Of a stretch of 64,000 nt of DNA, positions 1 to 13,499 are shown one piece after another. The notes below the pieces were generated by a model that ran no database searches, had not been told where the DNA came from, and saw nothing but the letters and a program-made list of their open reading frames with translations. This DNA comes from Epiperipatus broadwayi (taxonomy: Eukaryota; Animalia; Onychophora), in the NCBI GenBank assembly GCA_028023455.1, contig JAQFVV010000003.1, positions 26,722,001-26,786,000 on the forward strand. Reading direction: 5' to 3'. Positions within the stretch are counted from its first letter, which is position 1. Each line of letters starts with the position of its first letter. Position numbers and translations under genes: made by a program.

Positions 1-739
1 AAAACCATTAACTTTTAGACTGAAAATTTTTTTATTGGCTAAGTTGTGATGGTAGGAAGTGATTTCAATTGCTCCACCAAAATATTCTGAAACTCTTAGA
101 GCAGAAATTAGAAGTACTTGCAGTATAACCATTGAAAATGAAATATGGTAAAGATGCCTACATATTTTTAAGAGCAGATACTCTTCACTGGTTGATTTGT
201 TCTTTTTTGTGAATTTAAGTTTTAAACTTTTGATTGGTTCAATTACAGAATCAGTAGTAAAAATATATTCATCTTTTAATATTAGATTTATTCATAAAAA
301 GCAAATTAATTATCAGATTATGAAAGTGAGCAAAAGTTTTTTCAAAAATAAATTTCTATTTATAATTATAAAAATATTATATAATGGAGAATCTAAAAAG
401 AATGTTCACAACCTATTAGAAAATGTTGCACACTCTATTTCTTTCTCAACTTATGTTCATGTAAAAGTAAAGAATTTTTACTAAAATCTTAACTATTTTT
501 CTAAAATAATTATATTTTCAGCAGATTTTATCAAAATAATTTATAATATGTAAAAAGAATACTCTAAAATATACATTTTCATTTTGAATGTCAAATGATC
601 TCTTTGGTTCAAAATGAGCAGCAACAAAGCAGCACCTTATGATACATTTTAAGCTTTAAAAAGACTGTAAATTCATTACGATAATGATGTTTTAGACAAC
701 TTGAAGCCATGAATGAAAATTTTCAGTTGATGCACTTAT

Positions 740-1161
740 TAAACACAGCATGAGACTGAAGTTGACGCTAATTGTATTTTCTCTTGTGACGGATCTGATT
801 TCTTATCAGTTCTCAAACATATCTGCATATTATCAAGTAGCGATAATGATTAAAATATGTTTGAAAAAATGGAAAATAAATTACACATAAAAACATTGTT
901 TTGAATAAAATTAAATAGTTAATAAAAAAAAGTAAAAAAGTTTGTCTTGTATCAATTTTTTATTGTCATATTTTATTTCATTATTTTTTTATGCGAATTT
1001 TAAAGTAATTTTACCTTGTTGCTTTGCTTTCATGTGATTTTCGAAAATTATGGATCATATCCCACATTTTTCAATGTAAGTTAAGTCCTTTCTTGTGTGA
1101 TTTCTTTTATGCATGTTCTTTTGCGGAACCTATCTACCCCATAAAACAAGACCCAGGTGTA
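740..1161. mobile_element. Right end of a non-autonomous pogo/Tigger-like MITE
   Basis: Ends AAAACAAGACCCAGGTG followed by TA (1160-1161). Similar in sequence to ~48975-49477. The reverse complement of the end matches the left TIR CTCCTGGGTCTC at 47444. Confidence 0.65.
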
Positions 1162-4100
1162 CTATGCAATAATTAATTTTAAATCTGAATTAAATGAAAT
1201 AATAAATTATACTAACACAGTCATGCTATATTTTTATATTGATTTTATTCTTACTAATTAAGCTAGTTATAATAAGATGAAATACTCAATAATGATGTAA
1301 TATCAATGAACCTATTAAATAATCTTAAATCTATAATGTCCAATCATATCAATGTACAAAAAAGCAGATCTCTATTGGATATTTATTCAGGTGTAATAAC
1401 TAATATCAATTTATTTTTAATTTCTTGTGGTTAGAATACTAAAATTCTATTGTATTACAATCAAAACATATAATCAAAATTACTAGTATTTACTATGATC
1501 AAATATGAATATTAAAATTTAATATTTAAACTGGATTTACTATCTACATCAATAAAATTTAAATATAATCAAAGAAAACTATTCTGATTCATAACAGAAT
1601 AGAATATATTACTATCAGTTGTATAATTGAATAAGATTAAGATCTTATTGGCTAACTATGAACTTAATACAATACTTATCCATTCAATAACAAATTAAAT
1701 AAAACACAGAATAGAAATAATAAAATTAGAAAGATAGACATGGCCACAGATTATAAAGGGTTTTAAGTAATAACTGCTTACAGTTATTACAGTAAAAGAA
1801 TAAAGTTAGATTAAAATTACATTTATAGGTAAGCTGGTTAAATATTTAACTACAATTTCCTTTATTTATCTTCAATAAATATTATTTTGTATCTTCACTT
1901 TACAACAACTTCTAATTATTCATTAAATATCCAATAATGTCACATTTAAAAATGTATTATCATACCAACTTTATACCTAGTTAGATAATAGCTATATTTG
2001 ATTTCTAAATTATTCTGTAGTTATCTCAAATAACTTATGTGGTACAGTCAGTTCATCTTGTCACTATCAAATGCTATTAATGAATGAATTTGTATTTCAC
2101 AACTGAACAAAAATCAGACACGTTTGTTTGTTAAATTAAAATTTATTGATAAGTGAATATCAATTATATAATAAAAAATATGTATATAGTGAATAGATCA
2201 CAATAGATCATCAATTAACGTTAATTTCATATTTAAATACATGATTACACACCACTCTTCACCTATTGGATACTAAATATAAAACACATATGTTTATGTA
2301 TCACAAATATATTGTGGAACATTAAGAAGGTTCAAGATATATTTTCTTTTTATATTTCTTATAAAAATATATTTATTTGAAATAATAAATATTGTAAAGG
2401 GATGACATAAATACCATTTTACCTCCATTTGATAATCTGTTAGCTTAGGATAATACGTGTAATGGAGCGAGTATTTATGACAGATTGAACATGTGTATAG
2501 ACAAACCAAAATAATTTAATCATCCAATATTATATGCAATGGGATAATATAAATTATTTCATCAATATAATTAGGAAATTATCATATTAAAACAGTAGGA
2601 TATTCATTTTATTTGCCCATTTCAAGTATTCTCTAATCTGCTCTTGTTATTCCACAGAATTTGAACTCCGGAAGAATATACATGAGTTCTAGTTCAAGAG
2701 TATGATTACATCCTGCTTGTATACCAATTACATGTTTGTATTGTATATTGTAATATGATGAATTATGAAATAGATAAATAATCATCAATATAATTATAAT
2801 CAATGTTTAATGAAATCATATGAATAACAAACCGTATTCATAATTTAATTTAGCATAATATAAGTTATAAAAAGAAAAATGTAAAATGAAATAAATATGA
2901 TCATCTTTGTTCTCACATCTCTATTATATAGTAAACTATCATTACTATGCTATTACGATGGATGATCATTTATTATCTGAATTCTTCATGCAAATAGTGA
3001 TTTATATTTTATAGTGGACTTGCCTATTTCAAGGATGTCATATCATATGGATATAAGTTATAAATTTCTTTGTTTATGAGAATAATTTTCATCTAAGGAT
3101 TTCCTAAGGTTTGTAGTGTTTCATTCTTATCCAATGTTTATCATCAACAGGTAATAATTATTTTTCTTTAGAATCAGATTCAACATTTTAGTAGTATGGT
3201 TAACATTCCATCTTTATGATGTTTCTTTTTCTCTAGCCAATCATAGCAATGTAACCATATTAGAATGTTATTTAAAGTTATTAGTTCTATTAAAGCTTGA
3301 TAACATAGTTTTATTTTATACATCCTATAAATAATGAAGTGATTGGTTTCTTTTAATATTCAGCTTCAATAGGATTACTAAAAGAAATTTTTTATATACT
3401 TGTAAAATGTATTTTTATGAAGATTAAGTCTATTCATAGTGAGAAGCACAGTTTCTTTTTTATCCTCCAAGATTATTTTCTTCTTTGGAGAATTGATGAT
3501 TTACTGATTGTTGTTGAATGACTTTAAGCAATGGGTTCATATTTATATTTTACTCAAAATGTATTGATTAATCAAAGTTATATTTGAATTTCCCTTTCAT
3601 TTTCAAGAAGAAAAAAATGTTTATTTTTCTTTTTTTGTTGACTGTTCTATATATATTTTCAATTTAAGTTCATATTTTTTCTTGTTTCAGTTATGATGTC
3701 ATTTTATTATTTGTATATTTAATGAATGGATTACAAACAAAGATTAAAATTTAATGGGGTTTTTTTCCTGTAATAATTTTAGGACTTATATGTATTTTTT
3801 TTACAGTGTGATTACCTACATGTCAGTATAGTTAAGAAATCATTAAAGTTATAATTTTTAAATGACCAATTTGTACACAATTATTAATATATAAAATCGA
3901 TAATAGAATTTTTAATGATTCTTGTTAATAATAATATTCATGATAGGCGTGCATGTTGCTTTTTTTTAATATATATGTAAGGAATTTGACATAGTCTCAT
4001 GATATATACATACATGAATCTAAATATTTGTTGATATAAATTTAAGAGAACAAAATAATAAATATTTGTTACAATAATTCTTTTTTTAACTCCTAATGTA

Positions 4101-5559
4101 AGTGATTTATCTGGTTAATTTATAATGACTAAATCAAAAAAATGAATGTTTTAAATTAAAATAAGTTACCATGCTGCACAATATAAATTCAAATTTAGAA
4201 AAACATTTCTCTCTTATATGTAGGTATGTGAATGGAGTACTACTTGACCTAAAATTATATACTATATATCAATAAATACTATACATTTTAAATGAAAAGA
4301 AACAACATCAAAAAATATAGCAATAATAATGATAAATATAAACAAACAACCTAAGTGATAGTTTTTAAATATGGTATTTTCAGAATATTGTCATAGTTCT
4401 GATGTCTATATCAAACCAAAATTCAATAATAGGTCATTGTTCCAAAAAAGTTACATTTTATTGATTCCAATGTTTTGTATATTTATATCCAGATTATCTT
4501 TTCAAATAATTATTATTGGTTTATATGACTTTATAAGCACACAAACATCAGTTTGTATCCATAATGATGTAAAGAAATACCTTTTCATGAGCAAATATTT
4601 ATTTAAAAATATTACAAATAATTAGATGTTTGCTTTATCAGAACCTATAATGGAAAATTAAACTGATTCATATCTTAGATAAAATGATTAATTAGCCCAA
4701 TAAAATTACACTGGTAGATGAATATGGTTCCTGTACACAGTCCGATCTTGCTACTATTTATACTCTATTATTAAAATATAGGTAACTTTAATTTTAAAGA
4801 ATAGAAATATTCAGATGATTTATAACACAATTAAACATTTTCAGCTATTTTTCATTTTTATAATAAATTGTCATTCTTCATAAATCGTCAACAAGCTGAC
4901 CAGTTCATGGACAGATAATATTGCTTTTCACCCCTGAATTTTATTTAATTAACTATATACTTTTAAAATAAATGAATGAAAATTGTGTAAAGAAATTTAG
5001 ATGTGCTTCTATTGAAAGTAAAACAGGATAGAGAGTTTTTCCCCAATTTAATCCTACTTATATCTTTTCTCATTTATATCATAGAAACTATAGTAACATG
5101 CCAAGTTAACTCTGGCAAATTTTAAGCAGCATCTCCCTAATAAAAATTTTATTGTGCAACAAATAAAAATAAATATTTTTAGAATTATTATATACAAGAA
5201 AAATTTATGTTGCATAATACAAATACTATTTTTCATTTTAACATAAACAATCTATACCACATCTTTAATATATTACACTAGTAATATATTTTATACATAT
5301 TTCCTTAGTATAATATCATAAAGGGCAAATGTATTTGAAATATGAAATATTTAATTGTATTGTTTATAATTTACTATTGTGAATGCAGTAACAAAAAAGA
5401 AACATAATAATTTTATCCAAACTACATGTTTTATTATTCACATTTATTTTCCTTTCTAAAATGAAGAAAATCAATTTACAATCTTACACAATATAATTAA
5501 TAATAAACAATTTTATATCAATATTGCTATCATAGCAACACATTTCAATGCTTCATAAG

Positions 5560-6790
5560 TTAACATATCCACCATCAAAATGAATCAAGAAAAAAAATAT
5601 TATTGACATTCACATACAGAAACTCATCTCAAATTTCAGTAGATAAGCTATGAATTAATGTGTATAATCCTTATGTATATATCCTATTTAGTATGTGTAC
5701 ATAATACATGTGTATATAAGTGATTAATAACTGAAATATTCTTTTAAGTGAAAAGTGTTTGACATTTTTTATTTTAATTAGGAACTTTTTTTTTAAAAAA
5801 AAAATGTTTCCCATAATTTTATTGTAAATGAACTTCACTTAATACATATAATTTTACATTAAATCAATTTTACACTTACAGTGTATATATATCGCTAGAT
5901 ATTTCTACAGTAAAATAATATGTATATGATTTATGTATATATATTATATTTAATATGTGTACATAATTATATATGTATAATAAATCAGTAAGTCAGTTAC
6001 TTTTCTATTGAAAATTGTTTGACATTTTTTCTTTTATTTGAAAAAAAATTGTAAATTAATTTTCTTATTAATTAAATGAAGCTTACAATTGAAACCAAGA
6101 AAGCCATGATAATTACTTAAAACATTGAAGTTCTAAGATCAAAATATTCAAAACTACTTCCCTCCTACCCTTCCATATCTAGAAATTAAGTCACCTATCT
6201 AAAATATTATTGTGTTCTGTCATTTTGACAGAGATTTTTTAAAAATGTACAAAATTTTAACAAATTATATTGAACTTAAATTTATTAAATCTCAATTTTA
6301 AAATGTTATTACAACTTTAAATAGTTAATATTTTTCTGTTCTCTGTTCCATATCTTAGAAACTAGGTGTCCTCCTGTAAATATTAGGGTCCTATATGGAT
6401 TTGCTTGGTATTTCTTTTTTATATACCAAGTTTGAAGCAATTCTATTGAATTTAAATCTATTAAACCTCAATTTTAAAATATTTTTATCACTATAAATTG
6501 AAATCATGAAAAGAAATATCTATACCACTCTCTCAAGAGTTAATTAAAACATATTAAAGTCCTAAAAACAATTTTTTACTTTAATATCAAAATATTTAAT
6601 ATTTTTCCACCCATTGTTACATATCTAATAAACTAGGTGACTTACAAAAAAGATTAATGTCCCATATGAATTTACTTGGTATTTATTTGAGGCAATTCTA
6701 TTGAATTTAAATATATTAAACTTCAATTTTAAAATTTTATGCTAACTTAAAAGTGATTCAAAAGTTCACAAACAAACATACCAACAAACA
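5560..6790. repeat. Degenerate tandem arrays
   Basis: AAAA(G/T)TGTTTGACATTTTTT recurs near 5755 and 6015. ATTGAA(C/T)TTAAAT.TATTAAA..TCAATTTTAAAAT recurs near 6270, 6445 and 6700. Confidence 0.55.
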
Positions 6791-8559
6791 ACTAGATATT
6801 CCAACTTTAAATAAAAGTATTTAATGTTATAAAACCTTGCTGTTAAGTAAAAAAAAATTAATTGAAAATTGAAATTGTATTTTAAAAAATGAATAGAAAA
6901 GGCCAACAATGTAAGATATTGTGTAATAATTAAATTGTGTAAATGTAAGTTCTAGCTGTGCTTGACAAATAGATGGTGCTTGGATGTTTGATCATTTCTG
7001 TCTTAAGATAATAAACTCACCAAAGAAAAGGCAGTGATTTAAAATAGTTGTTTTCTAATAACATGACAGTGTTAATAGAAGCTAATTTTAATTTTATTTT
7101 ACCAGTACTGTTCTATAGAATTATGTTAATTAACAAAATTACAGTATACATATATAAATTTTAAAGTTAATCAAGCAAACAATTATTCTATTAAAGCTTT
7201 TTTTTAAAAAAAAAATCATGCTAACAAATTGTTTGTGTAATCTTCTTCAATAGTTATTAAACTTTTTTTGTTTTTCAAAAGAAGTAAGTTTAAAATATTT
7301 TTATCCTAATTGTATTTAAGAACGATTTCTCTTTCCCCCCTTTTTTCATCTACTATATATAGATAAAACACCATTAGTCCAAAATCTCTGGTTTCAGGAA
7401 TTTTTTGGATTTCAGAAAATAAATATCTCATTATAAATCTCAAACGTGATAAAAATATAAATAAACATTAATTTTATTTATTTTCTATCCCCCCCCCCAT
7501 AATTTTGTTTATAAATGTGTGTACAAACTTTTATTAGTTGTAAAAGATTAATCACCTTTGAAATTCCAGTTGGATAATAAAAGTTTTTGAATGAACAGTT
7601 TTCAAACCAATGGTATTCAACCGATTTTTTTTTTTAATGAAGACATATGCAGTATCCATTGTTCATATATAAGAATATATAGACAATTTTATGGATCTAT
7701 GTTACAAACAAATGTTCTATAGATTTTATATCAATTCTTTATGAATTTAGTTATCAAAGTATTTTCTGAAGTCATTTTAATATGATGAATGATTTCCTGT
7801 ATGCATAAAGAAAGAATGCCTATATTTCTTGTTTATTTGCTATTAGATTAGATAATGAAAAAGTTTTCATCTTTAAAAAGATCATCTAACTTATTACAAT
7901 TTTAATGATGTCAAGACTCGATAAAGTTTATGACTTAGAACTAAAACTGATACTAGAATAAATTATGTTAAAAATATGGCAAGCATTTGCAAACTAGCAT
8001 TAATGATTTCTTGACTATTGTATTGTCTAATCACCCATGAAGAATATTATATGATATTGCATCTCCAATCTTTAAAAATATGAATATGGTTCTAAGTGCA
8101 TAACACTCAATTGCAAACTTTGATCATTTTAAGTTTGGTTTTAAACAATTTTGAAAATATTTTATTTTTATTAAAGCTCTGATTTAATAATAAAAATATT
8201 CATTTAAGCTTTTAATAGAGAAATATGAGGTATTTTATAGCCATATATACACACATATGTATATATTCTGTTCACTATTTGTACTTTAAAAAACTCAAAT
8301 TTGTAGTTATATTTATACAATACATATACCCATAGCTTATATATAGATCGATTTAAAACGTTTTTTGAAAATATATTAGTCCCTCCAGCATTTTTCTGGC
8401 TGACCAACTTAGTTCTATTATTAATGGCAACTATCTAGTCTACAACATATTCTATTTTTAAAATGAAAGCATGTCAAAATGATAAAGAATGGATCTACAT
8501 CTGAGAATGTCATATCTTTTTTTCATATTCCATGCAAAAAAAAACCTGAGTAGTTTACT

Positions 8560-10715
8560 TTAGTACCTGCTCCAAGATACCTAATGTCATAGCGTTTTTT
8601 TTTAAACTTAAGTAAAATAATTGTGCCTTTAAGATTTAAAGTTTGCAAAAGTAAATTAAAATCTGAGCAACAATTTGTGTATATATTCCCGATTCAAATA
8701 ATTATTCAAGCAAAAACAAATAAATAAACATATATAAATTATTAAAAATATATATGCTGTATATGTATTTTTAATTATCTTGTTTTGAAAGTTGAACGAT
8801 CATGTAAGGTTCAAATAACATAGGGGTGTCATCTGTCTTAATCATCATCGTTTTAATATAATTTGATATAACATCTTTTTTATATATACTCATTCACATT
8901 CTTATTATCAGAAATAGTATATAGACATTCTATCTCATCAAATGGAAAAAGAAAAAGTTTTACCATATATTTAATGATGTCCCTTTTACTCTGTTAATTT
9001 AATATCTTGTTATAATATAAAGATAAGTAATCCTACTTTAAATTCCTGTCTGTGAGTGGATCAATTAACATGTTTTTTACTCGAATATTTTTAGAGAGTA
9101 TACTACATATTTACATTTATTAATAGTTAACAGTAATCTATTTTTATTCATCCATTGTGCAATTTTTTAACAAATCATCATTCAAAAGTTTTTCATGTAA
9201 ACTATATGAAACTGCTGAAGTAACCAAGACAGTATCATCTGCAAAACAAAATATGTTAGAATGTAGAGAAAGATTAGGTAAATCATTAATATAAACAGTA
9301 AACAACAAAAGTCTAAAGATTGAACCCTAAGGAACTCCATTTCTGATTACAGTATTTCAGAATTGCTCAAAATACTGTTAATTTTAACAAATTGATTTAT
9401 ATTGCTTAAATAAGATTTAAATCATTCAAGCATAGTACTCCTTATACTCAAATAATTTAATTTAATTAATAATAAATCATGAGGAACACAGTCAAATGCT
9501 TTCTGTAAATCCAAATAAATGCCTATAATTTTGTAGCCTTTCTTTAAAGATTCAGAAATAACTGGATCATGTTCAGATAAGATCAATTCTCTAAATTTTT
9601 CTGGTAAAAACTCAAATTTCTTATTTGAAAATAAATTATATTTTTGAAAAAACAAAACAATTCTATTCTTTTTATATATTTCCAAAATTTGTGATATTAT
9701 TGATAAGGTAGAAATTGGTCTGTAATTTTCCAAACATTTCTTTTCTCGATTTTTATAAATCAGTATAACAACAGATTTTAAGCAGTCTGGAAATATACCT
9801 GAATGTGCAGAAATATAAAATAAGAAAGATAATATTGGTAATAGAATGGAGATATTTCAATTATTTTTTTAACAGAAATATTATCCAAATCCATACATCT
9901 CTTATGTCTTATTTTATAAAGAAAATGTAAAATTTCAATTTCTTCAATCTATTTAAAACCAAAAGAATTGATTATAGATCTCTCATATTCAAAAACATAA
10001 GATCCATAATTATTTTTAAGATTATTCATTAATAATTCCACATTATGTTCAAAAGGTGATTAAAATTATCAACTTCTAGTTTTGAATTATTTGAAACATC
10101 TATAGGTACTTCATTAATCTTAATTTTAGAAAATTGAGAACATCTTTCCTTAAAAATATATTTTTTAACAAGAGGATACTGCTTAATTTAGTTGATTTTA
10201 AAGAATTGATTTGAATAGAATAGAAAAACATTATATCTTTTTTTATATTTCTTTATCAAGGACTTTTAGTTGAGTTTTAAATTCTTCATTAGAAGGAAAC
10301 TTTTTCAAAACTTTATACGATTTGTTCTTGCTGTTAACTTTTGATATTAATTCATTCTTAATCCAATCATTTCTTTTCAAATCTTTTTTTTATATATATT
10401 TTATAAAAGAATAGTGTTCTATAAAATATTTTATCAACAAAGAATGAAAAAGCACAATTTACATTATTCATCTCAAAGATCAGATTCCAGTCATATTCAG
10501 TAATTAAGGAATGCAAACATTCATGATATAAAACTCTAAAACATTCATTCCTAGGAGAAAAATTATTTTTAAAATTAATATTGATGCCTCTGTAGTCTGT
10601 AAGACATCATTCCAAAAATGATGGTTTCAGAATAATATTTTCAGAACTTCTAGCAAAGATATGGTCAGTAAGTGAAGATGATAAAAATGTAACACATATA
10701 GGATGAAATAAACAT
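8560..10715 (-). mobile_element. Decayed CR1/L2/Jockey-group LINE (end of endonuclease plus RT)
   Basis: ORF 9422-9733 has NYRPIS and IYLDLQKAFDCVPHDLLLIKL. Downstream are GVP*GS, YINDL and FADDT. Upstream TFLSSSLTDHIF resembles the AP-endonuclease C-terminus. Many stops and frameshifts. Confidence 0.8.
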
Positions 10716-10759
10716 TGAATAAATTCAAATAATAATAATGGGAAGAATGAGTTTTACTT

Positions 10760-13229
10760 CAGTCATATGTGGACCAAGGGATACATACAGTGAAACTACC
10801 CTCTACCTTAGAAGTAACAATGGCACTACAGACTAAAAGCGGCACATGTGCTGGTTTGAACGTGATTCACTCCATGTATCTTTATTTCGAGCAGAAGTTA
10901 CAAGCAGACAATATCTTCAAACTACCATCATATCTTTTTGAACCACCAGAAACTGACACACCATTTTATTTGCATAATTTGCCATTAAGCTTGCCACAAT
11001 TTACAACTTCTGTCATCTCGGAGCCAATGGAATATCCACCTTTGTCTTTACTCATCTTAGCCCCTTCATCATTGTATATCTTTGGCTAATTACTTGTCTC
11101 AAAGGATATGTGACATTAAAGATCTGTAGCCTATTTCCATTGTACCATTCATCAAAAAACAAGACTACATTTTTATTTTTAACAATCTCTGGCCTATTTC
11201 CATGGACCCATTAGGAATTAAAATATTGGAGTGATTAAAGATCAGATAAAATCATACATACTATCCTTGATCTCAAACATCCAATTTACTAAGAAAGGCT
11301 CATACATTATTTAGTCTGCACTCATATTTAGAGCAGTTATGAGTTCAGTCCATAAGAGATATGCTCTCATTGCAGTCTAGCTTGACATCCAATGTTTATT
11401 TGTTTCAATCCTCATTAACTTTCCAATTGATATTCTCACCAATACCACCATTCTCCCTACTTTGCTTTATCTAATTATCAACCTTCTACTCAGTAGAGAT
11501 ACATATCACTCTTAATGGGAAAACTCACCATCCTTCACACTTCAGTCTATCTCACAAGGATCGCCACTTAGTGCGTTGTTTTTCATCATATATTAACCCC
11601 TTTTAGTACTGACATAACAAAAGATCACTGACATTTAAACTTTATACACCCAGTAAAATATCCAATGTATTGCATACATGCATGACATTACTATCTTACC
11701 TACTTCAAAAGATATTTAATGAATACACTTCATTCTATAGACTTAAATTCAATATAAACAAATATGCCACATCGTTTATTTATATGAGTAAACCCTGCAC
11801 TTAAATATTTCAGGGCAAACCTAGCCTCTTCTTGGGTTTTTCTTTCTACACCCATCCACTTGCCATGAGACTTACATTACAAAATAATCTTCATGATTTC
11901 ACTTCACACATTATTAATTCCCTCTCTGGAACTTACCTCTCTCTTTATTCCAAAGTTCAGCTATTTAGCATGCTTGTAATTACTAAGATTATGTACTATT
12001 TCCCCATTCTCAATTCTCCAAGGCATTCATCACCACTATTAACTCCCTTTGCAATGAGCTACCATGGGACAGGTAGACCATATCAATTTCTATCAAATGA
12101 CTCTATCCATAATGATCTGAGTCTTCACAACATGTAAGAATTATATACACAATGCTTTCCAGCACATTCTCACTGTAACACCCACTGATAGTTCCTCATT
12201 CAACTTCATACCTTCTAAGTTTTATCCATTCCATTCAAAATTTACACTCATCAAATGATCTTCTCTAGTAAAACTAAATACACATTCTTGCATAAATACA
12301 GTATACTACATACAAATGCTGATATTGTTTACCTGTCCTCCATGCTAAACATCAATAATCAACAATTCCTATGCCAATTTCAAAAAACAGGCCCTGGAGC
12401 CAAAATTCTTTACTTCCCGCTTTAATTTTAACCTTCATGTTCTGCTACATGTTATTTCTGTTCTACCATGACCTGTATTATAGGATTGATCCACTTTTCT
12501 CTCTAGGTCATGTAGCAGAAGAGATACAGCAATAAATCTCTCATTTATGCCAGATCATCTTAGACACATATATACCAATGGCTGGTAGCTCCATCCAATA
12601 AATAATCTAATCATATCAAAATCCATATGCATCCATAGTATGTGCAGCCACCTTCATCCTATTTGTTTTTGTTGCACTTTCACCTTCAACAATAATAGTA
12701 CATTACATTGCTCCACTTTTTTAAACAAACTTTACCACTTAAAAACACTAGATTCAAGCAAGCCTCATTAGACATTTTGGGCACCTGGTCACTCATAAGA
12801 CAATCTTTCAATTTATAAAAAACTCACAATTGGCTCTCTCCATTCCAACTCCATGTTTTATCATTCCAGAACCATTCACGAATTTGTCATTGATTCCTTG
12901 GGTTATCATTTCCTACAATATACTTACTGATCTTCAAGCTGCAACCAATTTTCAGTGACTGACAAACAATTGACCATACATTATACATCAGCCCTTAATT
13001 CAGACAATAATGAACAGTATTGATTGTATGTTACCTTAGGAATTAACCATATGTGAAAATTCAAGCCTGAATTCCACATGAGATAGCAACCCAAATTTTC
13101 TAAGAACTGCTGCAATAGTACTCTGAACAAAAATTTTATTTTTTTACATCAATTGACTTTTAACCAAGGATTGCCCATGTAACAATTTTTCAAAAAAATC
13201 TATTGTAACTCTCTTAGATAAATAAAGAT

Positions 13230-13297
<68 letters not shown>

Positions 13298-13328
13298 CAA
13301 CAACAACAACAACAACAACATCATCATC
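10760..13328 (+). mobile_element. 5'-truncated, decayed L1/Tx1-like LINE ORF2 with (TAA)n tail
   Basis: QSISQGSPLSALFFIIY RT motif near 11550, and similarity to the minus-strand element at 50237-55630. Ends with AATAAA followed by an (AAT)n tail. Confidence 0.7.
13231..13328. repeat. Compound microsatellite (AAT)n-(AAC)n-(ATC)n
   Basis: Directly visible: about 20 AAT, then about 9 AAC, then 2-3 ATC units. Confidence 0.97.
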
Positions 13329-13499
13329 TATGTCATGTAAAATGAAATTGATATTTCAATGAAATTACTTATTGTTAGAAGTTCTAATTATATTACTTCC
13401 TTTTCAAAGCAGTCATTTTTATCCCATTAAAACAAACATTTAAAAATGAATGAAAATTAAAAGACATTTTATAGGTATAGCAAAATAAATACCATATAT

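Noticed and set aside
4696-4781. Possible small + strand exon (PNKITLVDEYGSCTQSDLATIYTLLLKYR)
   Set aside because: Weak acceptor, no homology recognised and no partner exon.
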